Of a DNA stretch of 63,615 nucleotides, positions 40,189 to 49,135 are shown piece after piece. Below the pieces are notes generated by a model. It was given only the letters and a program-made list of their open reading frames with translations. It searched no databases and was not told the DNA's origin. The stretch lies in IMG/VR virus record IMGVR_UViG_3300027699_000001, positions 1 to 63,615 of that record, one strand, 5' to 3'. The translations under genes were made by a program, and so were the position numbers. Position 1 is the first letter of the stretch. Every line of letters starts with the position of its first letter. The DNA comes from a virus (lineage: Duplodnaviria > Caudoviricetes).

Positions 40189-42720
40189 TTAAGTATATAT
40201 TGCTGCTGCCGTGCCAGGATCATTATCAATTTTATTTTCTTTAGTTCCTTGAGTAATAAGAGCATTGCCGCCTTTGGTTCCTTTAGATTTCATATCTACT
40301 TCTTGATTCCGACGTCTTATCATAGTTAAATTCTGAGTAAACTCACCACCACTCCAGGAACTAGCAACTTGAATTACTTGATATAACCCACTAAATGCTT
40401 TAACTGGTTGTTGTCCTATTGATGGAAATTCCATAAAACCTTCATCTCCATAATCAAAAGGAGTTCTAAAATTTAATCTAACATCTACTTCACAATTTTC
40501 ATAATTCATACTACCGTCTTTAGTTATATTAATATGAGAAGTTGGTTCGGCTATGTAATTTCCCATGCCGCTGTCTGCTAGATAATACGGATCTCCCCAA
40601 ATTTTTAATTCTACTTGAATTAAATCAGCGGGACTATCTATTACTGCATCATTAAAATTTCTTGCAAGTTGGGTTTCTACATGTTCTTTGCCGCCACCGC
40701 CTGATTTTCCTGTTGAATTAGTATGTGTATCATCCACTTGTGCAGAACCTGATTTAGAAATTTTATCACTATCACCTGTGTTCGATTTAGAAAGATAAGG
40801 GAATGGTCCAGCGACCATTTCTGCTTGTCCTGCTTTTTTTTCTGCGGCTGTATTTTGACCTCGTGCTGCACCTATAGCTACATAATATGCAGCATCAAAT
40901 CTAATATCAAAATCTAATATATCTTTATTTTCACCTGTATAGATATAATTATATTCTTTAGCTGCTTCTCTATTTAAAGCTGTTAAGTCAGGTTGCGCTT
41001 TACTTGGAGCAGCCCATTTACTTGCACTTACTTTATAAGGCAATACTCTATAAACAAAAACCTTAGGTGAATCTCCTTTAGCGTCTACTGTTTTTGAATC
41101 AGCTATATTATATACTTGTGCATCAATTTTAAACCAATCAACCATATTATATTGATCTGGCTGTTCCATTCTATCTTTAATCGATCTACCCCATTCACTA
41201 GCAAGCACTACCTCCTCTATAATATCTTGAATCTTTTTTCCAGGTGGAAATTGAAAAGTTCTAACATCTGGAGAAATTTGACATTTGCTTCTACATACGG
41301 GTGTAAATCCAGGAGCGCCAGGTGGCTGCGGCTTCTGATTGTCTACTTTAGCAGTATTTGCAGCAGTAAAAGGAACATTACCTGACTCGTTTGCAGCTTT
41401 TACCATTTTTGATTTACCTATAGGATTAACATTACCTGGTTTTTCTGCAAATGTTCTAATAGCTTCACCTACTTCTGATCGTGTAATTGTAATACCTAAT
41501 AATTGATCTATCTTTGCTTGGAAGTCTGCTGGAACAGGACTATTTAATAAACCTCCTACACTTTCAAATAATTCTTGTTTTCTTTTTTCATCTACAGTTT
41601 TAATAGTTCCTTCTCCAACAGAAGTTGTTGCTCCAGCTGTTGTATCCGATGTTCCACCTAACATAGATTCATTACGACTACTATTTTTAGTAGGAAACAT
41701 TATTACATATTTGTCTGCTTTTGGTATTTGTTTTGCTTCTTGGCTTTTAAGTAATCGTGTATTCAAAACTGTTGCTAAACTTTCTGCTCCGGTTTGTAAA
41801 ATTTCTTTAACCGTACTACCTTTTAAAGATAAATCAGTTTTAACTTGTTGAGTTTTATCTGCAAAGGCTTTATGATTATAAGGTACTGCTGTCACTTCAT
41901 ATGTACTTCCTTGTTCTGTTACACTAAACTCACTTCCAACAAGTTTAACAGGAAAATGCCTCTCAGAATTTTTTGCTTGTTGAGAATTGCCATCATCATC
42001 CCAACCTACAAATTTTACAGACAACAAATAAGGAGCTACTAAATAATTTTTATGACCTGCTGCTATGGCTGCTACTTGCAATGTTTCATTAAACATTCCC
42101 ATACTATAAGGTTCAAAAACTTTAAAAGTAAAACCTACAGCTCTTGATTGTCTAGTTGCTTTATTATGAGAAATTACACTTTCTATTTCTACATCATCTA
42201 TATAATATTCTACTGCTCCTGATCCCATTCCTCCTGGAGGGCCTGTTCCACTTTCCTGTAATGTTTTTACTTTGTCACCTCCAGTACCTCCACTTCTTAA
42301 AATAATATGCTCTGGTGGCTTTTGCCTATAACTAAAATCAGGTAAATTTAAATCTTCTGTAGTTAAACACGACAACGTAAAAATAGAACTATAACTTACA
42401 AATTTTTCTAATTCATTTTCCCAGGGTGGTTCAGCACCACTTCTATCACCTGGGTGTCCTTGTCCGGCTGTCGAAACTGCACTTTGACCCCCAACGTTAT
42501 TTGAAAAATTTGTAAAATTATCTACACCAGCTATAGCACTTTTCAGTTCAGTTACTGCTCCTTCTACAGAACTTAAAACTCCATTAGGAGAAATATGTGC
42601 TGAATTTAATATATCACCTGATATACGCACAGCTTCTGCACCGGCTGCTCTTGCAGTAGTAACTATCTGACCGGTAGGAGTTTTTACTAAACTTCCAAAA
42701 TTATCAACTTGAACAGCCAT
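40189..42720 (-). CDS. Baseplate hub protein (gp27/VgrG-N-like)
   Basis: Lies between gp53 and gp5. C-terminal VELKIWGDPYYL and FSGLYQVIQVASSWSGGEFTQNL are typical of hub proteins. Confidence 0.7.
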   Translation of the reverse strand: MAVQVDNFGSLVKTPTGQIVTTARAAGAEAVRISGDILNSAHISPNGVLSSVEGAVTELKSAIAGVDNFTNFSNNVGGQSAVSTAGQGHPGDRSGAEPPWENELEKFVSYSSIFTLSCLTTEDLNLPDFSYRQKPPEHIILRSGGTGGDKVKTLQESGTGPPGGMGSGAVEYYIDDVEIESVISHNKATRQSRAVGFTFKVFEPYSMGMFNETLQVAAIAAGHKNYLVAPYLLSVKFVGWDDDGNSQQAKNSERHFPVKLVGSEFSVTEQGSTYEVTAVPYNHKAFADKTQQVKTDLSLKGSTVKEILQTGAESLATVLNTRLLKSQEAKQIPKADKYVIMFPTKNSSRNESMLGGTSDTTAGATTSVGEGTIKTVDEKRKQELFESVGGLLNSPVPADFQAKIDQLLGITITRSEVGEAIRTFAEKPGNVNPIGKSKMVKAANESGNVPFTAANTAKVDNQKPQPPGAPGFTPVCRSKCQISPDVRTFQFPPGKKIQDIIEEVVLASEWGRSIKDRMEQPDQYNMVDWFKIDAQVYNIADSKTVDAKGDSPKVFVYRVLPYKVSASKWAAPSKAQPDLTALNREAAKEYNYIYTGENKDILDFDIRFDAAYYVAIGAARGQNTAAEKKAGQAEMVAGPFPYLSKSNTGDSDKISKSGSAQVDDTHTNSTGKSGGGGKEHVETQLARNFNDAVIDSPADLIQVELKIWGDPYYLADSGMGNYIAEPTSHINITKDGSMNYENCEVDVRLNFRTPFDYGDEGFMEFPSIGQQPVKAFSGLYQVIQVASSWSGGEFTQNLTMIRRRNQEVDMKSKGTKGGNALITQGTKENKIDNDPGTAAAIYT

Positions 42721-42721
42721 T

Positions 42722-43024
42722 TTATACTCCTAATGTCTTTGCTAAATTAGAACTTTTAGGAAGAAAAATTTTAACTCCAGGAAGCATATCATATATAGGA
42801 TCTTTAATTATATCCATATTTCTCTGAGAAAAAACCCACCAAAGTTTAATAGTGCCATACAAGTCATAAGCTAACAAATCTGGTCTATACATATATTGGT
42901 TTTCTATTGTATAAACAATATCATCAGCCTCTGCAGGTACAGACCTAATACTTAGAAGATCTAAATATTGACTATTAACTATTGCTGTATTAGTCCAGGG
43001 ACTTTCTTCGTCATAAAATGCCAT
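42722..43024 (-). CDS. gp53: Baseplate wedge protein, T4 gp53-like (LysM-type)
   Basis: YRPDLLAYDLYGTIKLWWVF..RN...DPI...PG.KI.LP. Confidence 0.85.
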   Translation of the reverse strand: MAFYDEESPWTNTAIVNSQYLDLLSIRSVPAEADDIVYTIENQYMYRPDLLAYDLYGTIKLWWVFSQRNMDIIKDPIYDMLPGVKIFLPKSSNLAKTLGV

Positions 43025-43911
43025 TAAATAAATCCACTCTTATCATAAATGTAGTCACCTTTTACAAACTTATCTAAACTAAATTTAGTAGTTGCTCGTC
43101 TGCTGTACAGAGGTTGAGCTGCTACAGTAATATTGCTTCTTATAGGAACCCAACTAGATTTTGAACCTACTGGTACTTCCATATAATCTGTTTGAGGACC
43201 TAGCTCACATGTAAACTCTGTAAGAATAACAGGAATATTATTAAAAACATAATCTCCATAACCGTTTAATTTAACTACAGGTGGAGGATTCCCTTGGTTT
43301 GCAGATTCACCATATGCCATTTTTGTAACAGAACGCAAATAATGCATAGCTGCAATCCAATATTGTCCTTCTAATGAATTTTCTATTAAAAAATCTCCCA
43401 TTATTGTTATACTATTCACTTGACTGTTCTGGTAAGCGAAATAAGGATAATTACTATGTACAGGAGTAATTGACTGATATGCAGCAGAATGTTGCATCAT
43501 TATTTGTGGTGTGTACGGGAATACTAAACCATTGGTTTCGAGCAACGGCTTAATAATAGGGGAACCTTTCATTGTAGACGGTAATGATAATCTAACTCGC
43601 CAATCTTGCGGGCCTCTGCCCACTGTAGCTGAAGCAAAACCTAAATTAGGAAGCTCTGCACCAGCAAAAAGATTAAGTGATCGTAATGCCTTTCCAAAAC
43701 CAGTATCAGAAACAAAATCAGAAACATTTTGTTTAACTGTATCAACTATGTTTTCGCCTACTCTTAATGCTGAACCTACTGTATTTGCAACAGATGCTTG
43801 TGCAACTGAACTACCTGCCCCTGGAATATTAACCCGAGACGGATTTGATCCTCTTCTAGTAAAACCTGGCGGACCTGTTGCTATTCCGGTATCTGAAAAA
43901 AGTTCTGGCAT
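43024..43911 (-). CDS. Tail tube initiator/baseplate-tube junction protein (gp48/gp54-like)
   Basis: GLVFPYTPQI...PPPVVKLNGYG..VFNNIPVILTEFT tube-fold pattern; upstream of gp53. Confidence 0.65.
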   Translation of the reverse strand: MPELFSDTGIATGPPGFTRRGSNPSRVNIPGAGSSVAQASVANTVGSALRVGENIVDTVKQNVSDFVSDTGFGKALRSLNLFAGAELPNLGFASATVGRGPQDWRVRLSLPSTMKGSPIIKPLLETNGLVFPYTPQIMMQHSAAYQSITPVHSNYPYFAYQNSQVNSITIMGDFLIENSLEGQYWIAAMHYLRSVTKMAYGESANQGNPPPVVKLNGYGDYVFNNIPVILTEFTCELGPQTDYMEVPVGSKSSWVPIRSNITVAAQPLYSRRATTKFSLDKFVKGDYIYDKSGFI

Positions 43912-43933
43912 AATTTATTCCTCTTCTATACAT

Positions 43934-43939
43934 TATTTA
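43934..43939 (-). promoter_or_regulatory. Late promoter TAAATA for the baseplate operon
   Basis: TATTTA 22 nt upstream of the 43911 start; GAGGA RBS between them. Confidence 0.6.
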
Positions 43940-43940
43940 G

Positions 43941-43969
43941 TTGACAAAATTAACTACATATATTATAAT
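43941..43969 (+). promoter_or_regulatory. Consensus sigma70 promoter
   Basis: TTGACA (43941-46), 17-nt spacer, TATAAT (43964-69); GGAG RBS before 43991. Confidence 0.92.
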
Positions 43970-43990
43970 ATACATTAACTTGGAGCAACG

Positions 43991-44827
43991 ATGAAAAAAA
44001 TAAACTATTTAAACAACAAGGACATACTAGCAGAAATACATAAATCAAAAAATACATTTAATAGCTATATAGATCCTGAATATCATCAATTTGATATAAT
44101 TTTACTTAGCATAGAGAAAATAAACATAAGAACTATTGCTACAGCAAAAAGAAATAAAGCAAAAAGATTAGGTTTACAAGAGTATGATACTAGAAAAAGT
44201 CAAGGAGAAAAACTAAAACTTGCAGATTGTGAAAAAGATTACAAAAAAATAAAAAAAACTGACGTAATTTTTAGAATTATGACTTTTGATCATATTCCAG
44301 AAGAAAAGGGTCGTAAAAAAAATCCAAAAACTATAGCAGACACCAAAGTTAAACTTAATTTCCCTCCATTTCAACACTATAAATTTAACGATGACAATGA
44401 ACTCGTTGTTATAGGCAAAAGTCATTGGATAGGAGGTATGGATAATGGATATTTTTCAAAAGATCAAGGCCAAGCGACAGATAAACTTGCTACTATGTGG
44501 ATGAAACTATGTGATAGGTACGCTACTAGAGGAAATGTTCGAGGATATACTTATAATGATGAAATGAAAGGGCAAGCTATTTTACAACTTGCTCAAATAG
44601 GTTTACAATTTGATGAATCAAAATCAAATAATCCATTTGCTTATTATACGGCTGCTGTAACAAATAGTTTTGTACGTGTTATTAACTTAGAAAAACGTAA
44701 TCAAAATATTAGAGATGATATTTTAGAACAACATGGCATGGATCCTAGTTATACTAGACAACATGCAGGAGAATGGGAAGCAAATTTAAAAAGAGAACAA
44801 GATTCTCATATTAAAAAAAATTATTAA
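43991..44827 (+). CDS. gp55: Late-transcription sigma factor, T4 gp55-like
   Basis: NYLNNKDIL N-terminus; RGYTYNDEMKGQA...FDESKSNNPFAYYT...NSFVRVINLEK; T4-like synteny 55-47-46. Confidence 0.85.
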   Translation: MKKINYLNNKDILAEIHKSKNTFNSYIDPEYHQFDIILLSIEKINIRTIATAKRNKAKRLGLQEYDTRKSQGEKLKLADCEKDYKKIKKTDVIFRIMTFDHIPEEKGRKKNPKTIADTKVKLNFPPFQHYKFNDDNELVVIGKSHWIGGMDNGYFSKDQGQATDKLATMWMKLCDRYATRGNVRGYTYNDEMKGQAILQLAQIGLQFDESKSNNPFAYYTAAVTNSFVRVINLEKRNQNIRDDILEQHGMDPSYTRQHAGEWEANLKREQDSHIKKNY

Positions 44828-44859
44828 ATTAATAACAAATATTTAATGGAGAATTAATT

Positions 44860-45870
44860 TTGTTCAAAAAAGCAGCGGTATTTACCGATATTCATTTTGG
44901 TTTAAAAAGTAACAGTAAAATTCACAATGACGATTGTGAAGATTTTATAGACTGGTTTATTAAACAAGCCTTAGATAACAATTGTGAGACAGGAATTTTT
45001 TGTGGAGACTGGCATCATAATAGAAATAGTATAAACCTTACAACAATGAAGGCCACAATTAAATCTTTAGAAAAATTAGGCAAGGCTTTTAAACAATTTT
45101 TTTATTTTCCTGGGAATCATGACTTATATTACAAAGATAAACGTGACATACACTCTATAGAATTTGGTAAACATATTCCTGGTATTACTGTTATAAACAA
45201 AATTACAAAAAAAGATAATGTTGCTCTAATTCCTTGGTTAATAGGAGATGAATGGAAACAAATAGAAAAAATTAAATCAAAATATATATTTGGACACTTT
45301 GAATTACCTAGCTTTTATATGAATGCTATGATACAAATGCCCGAACATGGTGATTTACGTGCAAAACATTTTGTAAATCAAGAATATGTATTCTCAGGAC
45401 ATTTCCATAAACGTCAACAAAAAGGTAAAATTCATTATATTGGTAACGCTTTCCCCCATAACTATGCAGATGTATGGGATGACGAGCGAGGTATGATGAT
45501 ATTAGATAAAGAAAATAATAAAGAACCCGAATATATAGATTGGCCAGATTGTCCAAAATATCGTACAACTACTTTATCTGCACTATTAGATCCTGATCAA
45601 AAAATTATAAAACCTAAAATGTATCTACGTGTTACTATTGATGTTCCGATATCTTACGAAGAGGCTAGTTTTATTAAAGAAACATTTTCAAAACAACACA
45701 ATTGTAGAGAAATTTCACTAATTCCACAAAACATAGTTGAAGAAATATCTACTGAATTAGATATTGCGCAATTTGAAAGTGTTGACCAAATAGTAGCTGG
45801 AGAAATTTCTGCTATTGAATCTGATTCTTTTAATAAAACTACATTGCTAGAGATATATAACGAATTATAA
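44860..45870 (+). CDS. gp47: Recombination endonuclease subunit, gp47/Mre11/SbcD-like
   Basis: Metallophosphoesterase motifs DIHFG, GDWHH, GNHD, GHFE, SGHFH; TTG start with GGAG RBS. Confidence 0.95.
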   Translation: MFKKAAVFTDIHFGLKSNSKIHNDDCEDFIDWFIKQALDNNCETGIFCGDWHHNRNSINLTTMKATIKSLEKLGKAFKQFFYFPGNHDLYYKDKRDIHSIEFGKHIPGITVINKITKKDNVALIPWLIGDEWKQIEKIKSKYIFGHFELPSFYMNAMIQMPEHGDLRAKHFVNQEYVFSGHFHKRQQKGKIHYIGNAFPHNYADVWDDERGMMILDKENNKEPEYIDWPDCPKYRTTTLSALLDPDQKIIKPKMYLRVTIDVPISYEEASFIKETFSKQHNCREISLIPQNIVEEISTELDIAQFESVDQIVAGEISAIESDSFNKTTLLEIYNEL

Positions 45871-46353
45871 TATGATAGAAATCAAAGATAGCGTAAATGA
45901 TTTTTTTAAATGGGTTAAGGGTTCCAAGCTAGTTGAACTTAACAACATAGATGTATCAGAGGATCCTGTAAGACCTGAATTAACATTAAGTTTTAGAATT
46001 ACACACGGTAGAAAAATATTTGGACTAAAATATAATAATGAAATTGAATCAATTGCTTGCGTTGCAATATGTCCTGAAATACCATATACGGTTAGAGAAA
46101 TGGATTATATGTCAAGAATAGGTGGTAAAATTGTAATAGCATATACGATATGGTCAAGAAAAAAAGGTGCAGGTAAAGAAATTGTTAAAAAAATAAACAA
46201 GTGGACAATAGAAAACAAGTATGAAAGATTAGTAACTTTGTCTCCATTAACACCGATGGCTACTCATTTTCATATTAGCAACGGTGCAAAACAAGTCCAT
46301 ATTAATGACGAAACTCAAAATTTTGAATATACATTATGATAGAAATTAAAGAT
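45871..46353 (+). repeat. 19-bp direct repeat (1 mismatch) at the starts of the 155-aa ORF and gp46
   Basis: tatgatagaaatcaaagat (45871-45889) and tatgatagaaattaaagat (46335-46353); both encode MIEIKD. Confidence 0.75.
45872..46339 (+). CDS. GNAT-fold-like protein inserted between gp47 and gp46
   Basis: IAYTIWSRKKGAGKEIV (acetyl-CoA-binding-like motif A) and RLVTLSPLTPMATHFHISNGA. Confidence 0.55.
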   Translation: MIEIKDSVNDFFKWVKGSKLVELNNIDVSEDPVRPELTLSFRITHGRKIFGLKYNNEIESIACVAICPEIPYTVREMDYMSRIGGKIVIAYTIWSRKKGAGKEIVKKINKWTIENKYERLVTLSPLTPMATHFHISNGAKQVHINDETQNFEYTL

Positions 46354-48108
46354 CTTACTGTTAAAAACTTTATGAGCGTGGGTAATCAAACTCAAGCTAT
46401 CGATTTTAATAAAGATCAACTAACGTTAGTGCTTGGCGAAAACTTGGATCAAGGAGGTGACGATACAGGAAGTCGTAACGGTACAGGAAAAACAACTATT
46501 ATTAATGCATTAAGTTATGCCTTGTACGGCCAAGCACTAACAAACATTAAGCGTAACAACCTTATTAATAAAACTAATGGTAAGGGGATGTTAGTTACGC
46601 TACATTTTACAATAGAAGGAATAACTTATAGAATTGAACGAGGTCGCGGACCCAACTTACTTAAATTTTTTATTAATAATCAAGAACAAGAGTTAATTGA
46701 TGAATCACAAGGGGATAGTCGAAAAACCCAAGAAGATATTAATAAAATAATATCAATGTCTCATGATATGTTTAAGCATATTCTTGCTTTAAACACTTAT
46801 ACTGAACCTTTTTTAAGTATGCGTACAAATGATCAGAAAGATATTATAGAACAATTATTAGGTATTACTATACTTTCTGAAAAAGCAGAAAAACTTAAAG
46901 ACCAACTTCGTATTACTAAAGAAACAATTACAGAAGAAAAAATAAAAATAAATGCAATAGAAACAGCTAATTCAAAAATTGAAGCTACTATTAAAAATTT
47001 ACAAACTACCCAAAAAGCCTGGCTATCAAAAAAATCTGAAGATATTAAAAAATTACAATCAGGTATTAATGAATTAGAACAATTAGATGTTGATGCAGAA
47101 TTAAATTTTCATGAAAAATTAGGAAAATGGTCTGAACATAATAATAAAATTACGGCTCTTAAAAAAGAATTAAGCACACTAGAGCCTGCACTACAACGTG
47201 CTAACAAGTCTGTTGATAAAGTGTCTAAAGATATCGCAGGATTAGATAATGCAATATGTTATGCATGCGGACAAGAACTTCATGATGATAAAAAAGAAGA
47301 AATTTTATCTAAAAAAACTAAAGAACTAGACGATGCAAAATTATATGCTCAAGAAATTAACGTAAAACTGTCTACTGTTGTATTAGACTTAGAAGAAATT
47401 GGCGACATTAATAAAAAACCAAATACTTTTTATGAAAGTATTAAAGAAGCATATGATCATCGGAGCAATGTTGATAATCTTAAACAATCTTTATTAAACA
47501 AAGAAGAAGAACAAGATCCGTATGAAAAACAGATAGAAGAATTAAAAACTGAAGCAATACAAGAAATTGATTGGGCAATTATAAACGAGCTTGATCTATT
47601 TAAAGAACATCAAGAATTTTTATTTAAACTTTTAACAAATAAAGATAGCTTTATTCGAAAGAAAATTATTGAACAAAATTTATCTTATTTAAATAATAGA
47701 CTTGCTGGTTATCTTAATAAATTAGGTTTGGCACACCAAGTTTTATTTCTTAATGACTTAAATGTTGCAATTACGCAATTTGGACAAGATTTAGATTTTG
47801 ATAATTTGTCACGAGGTGAACGGAATCGATTAATTCTAGGATTAAGTTTTGCTTTCCGTGATGTCTGGGAAAGTTTATATCAACATATTAATTTATTGTT
47901 TATTGATGAATTAATCGATTCTGGAATGGATGCAGCAGGAGTTGAACACTCGTTGGCTGTACTTAAAAAAATGGGGCGCGAAAGAAAGAAAAATGTATTT
48001 TTAATTTCACATAAAGACGAACTAATAGGAAGGGTTAATCATGTTATGAAAGTTATAAAAGAAAACGGCTTTACAAATTATGAAAATGATATAGAGATTA
48101 TAGAATAA
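46336..48108 (+). CDS. gp46: Recombination ATPase subunit, gp46/Rad50/SbcC-like
   Basis: KNFMSVG, Walker A NGTGKT, coiled coil with CYAC zinc hook, LSRGE signature, LLFIDE Walker B, ISH. Confidence 0.96.
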   Translation: MIEIKDLTVKNFMSVGNQTQAIDFNKDQLTLVLGENLDQGGDDTGSRNGTGKTTIINALSYALYGQALTNIKRNNLINKTNGKGMLVTLHFTIEGITYRIERGRGPNLLKFFINNQEQELIDESQGDSRKTQEDINKIISMSHDMFKHILALNTYTEPFLSMRTNDQKDIIEQLLGITILSEKAEKLKDQLRITKETITEEKIKINAIETANSKIEATIKNLQTTQKAWLSKKSEDIKKLQSGINELEQLDVDAELNFHEKLGKWSEHNNKITALKKELSTLEPALQRANKSVDKVSKDIAGLDNAICYACGQELHDDKKEEILSKKTKELDDAKLYAQEINVKLSTVVLDLEEIGDINKKPNTFYESIKEAYDHRSNVDNLKQSLLNKEEEQDPYEKQIEELKTEAIQEIDWAIINELDLFKEHQEFLFKLLTNKDSFIRKKIIEQNLSYLNNRLAGYLNKLGLAHQVLFLNDLNVAITQFGQDLDFDNLSRGERNRLILGLSFAFRDVWESLYQHINLLFIDELIDSGMDAAGVEHSLAVLKKMGRERKKNVFLISHKDELIGRVNHVMKVIKENGFTNYENDIEIIE

Positions 48109-48314
48109 TGATTGAAGACGACACACATGATCTTCTTACTAAAGCATACTTAGAATATTTTAAAGCAAATGATGCTTTTGAATCTAGATTTTCACATCGA
48201 ACTCATGCTGCAAGTCGAAAATGGTTACGAGAAATACGTAGACTTGCTAAAATTCGAATGGAAGAAATACACGCAACATATAAAATCAAGAAAGAGACTA
48301 AAAGAAATAGGTAG
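48108..48314 (+). CDS. Small basic helical protein, possibly Hc1/histone-H1-like DNA binder
   Basis: 68 aa, coupled to gp46; AASRKWLREIRRLAKIRMEEI pattern. Confidence 0.5.
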   Translation: MIEDDTHDLLTKAYLEYFKANDAFESRFSHRTHAASRKWLREIRRLAKIRMEEIHATYKIKKETKRNR

Positions 48315-48327
48315 CGGTAAGTACCAT

Positions 48328-48750
48328 ATGCATTGGACTTATAGGGGTAAATCAGTAAACGAATTACCTGAAGAATGCGAAGGCTTTGTTTATCTAATTA
48401 CAAATCTTACCAACAATAAAAAATATGTAGGCAAAAAACTAGCAAAGTTTAAAACAAGCAAACCACCTCTTAAAGGTAAAATAAATCGAAGGCGTGGATA
48501 CAAAGAAAGTGACTGGAAAGACTATTGGGGTTCTAGTGATCATTTAAATGCAGATGTTTTAAAATTAGGCAAAAACAATTTTACTAGAGAAATTTTACAT
48601 TATTGTCCTAGCAGAGGCGTTTTAAGTTATCTAGAGGCAAAGGAACAATTCGACCGTAAAGTATTAGAAACAGATGAATACTATAACGGTATTATTAACG
48701 TACGAGTAGGCAGTTCAAAAATTCTTACAGAACATCTAAAAAACTCATAG
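48328..48750 (+). CDS. GIY-YIG endonuclease (short, catalytic domain only)
   Basis: GFVYLITN..NNKKYVGKK, DWKDYWGSS, FTREIL, E and YYN motifs. ATG 48328 preferred because the 48169 extension overlaps the upstream gene and TAAGTA lies 4 nt before 48328. Confidence 0.88.
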   Translation: MHWTYRGKSVNELPEECEGFVYLITNLTNNKKYVGKKLAKFKTSKPPLKGKINRRRGYKESDWKDYWGSSDHLNADVLKLGKNNFTREILHYCPSRGVLSYLEAKEQFDRKVLETDEYYNGIINVRVGSSKILTEHLKNS

Positions 48751-48754
48751 GCAA

Positions 48755-49125
48755 GATACAGAACACTGTTTGATCGAGGTTGCTCGATCCACCTTGAGGA
48801 CATAGAATTCTATGTTCAGATGCTGGTGATGTTCAATAGGCTATATGCTCCTAAAAACCCTTTGCAGAGGAACGAAGCAAGGGATAGCGAGAATCTGCGA
48901 TAGCAGTATTTTCGTAATGTCGACGTAGGTTGGGAAAGGTCAGAGCCCGAGGAGCAAGTCAAATACCTACTTCCGATCTCGTCTATGCAAACTCACATGA
49001 AGCGAGAAGATGGAATCTAATAACAGGTTCCGTCTGACTAAACAATCTACATGAAACTTAACTGCTTTATTCAAATAAAAAGTGTTAGAGCAAAGCGAAA
49101 ACACAAATGAGCGTTAGCTCATTTA
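48755..49125 (+). ncRNA. Putative large structured non-coding element (RNA or ssDNA), unassigned; strand assumed
   Basis: ORF-free, GC-elevated gap with at least 7 hand-identified helices and a 7-bp pseudoknot pairing (TGCTCCT 48846-52 / AGGAGCA 48950-56). Confidence 0.65.
49105..49124. terminator. Hairpin between convergent units, possible bidirectional terminator
   Basis: AAATGAGC-GTTA-GCTCATTT perfect 8-bp stem. Confidence 0.5.
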
Positions 49126-49135
49126 TAATATGTAA

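Noticed and set aside
13692-42042. Numerous short plus-strand or alternate-frame ORFs inside structural genes (e.g. 13692, 14926, 16992, 20940, 35069, 41116)
   Set aside because: They lie wholly within long, well-supported genes and are expected from codon bias on the opposite strand.
37643-43911. Bacterial T6SS/eCIS locus (PAAR, VgrG-like, gp25, LysM)
   Set aside because: Linked portal, protease, scaffold, capsid and gp55/46/47 genes show that this is a phage tail module.
43511-43978. 155-aa plus-strand ORF
   Set aside because: Antisense to the tube-initiator gene and crosses the promoter region; no RBS or motifs.
48169-48327. N-terminal extension of the GIY-YIG ORF
   Set aside because: Overlaps the 68-aa gene in another frame; the recognisable domain begins at ATG 48328.
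48755-49125. Group I intron, RNase P or tmRNA identity for the intergenic element
   Set aside because: GGTCAGAGCCC only loosely recalls the group I R element and I found no matching S element or interrupted gene. There is no GAGGAAAGUCC RNase P motif and no tRNA-like ends.
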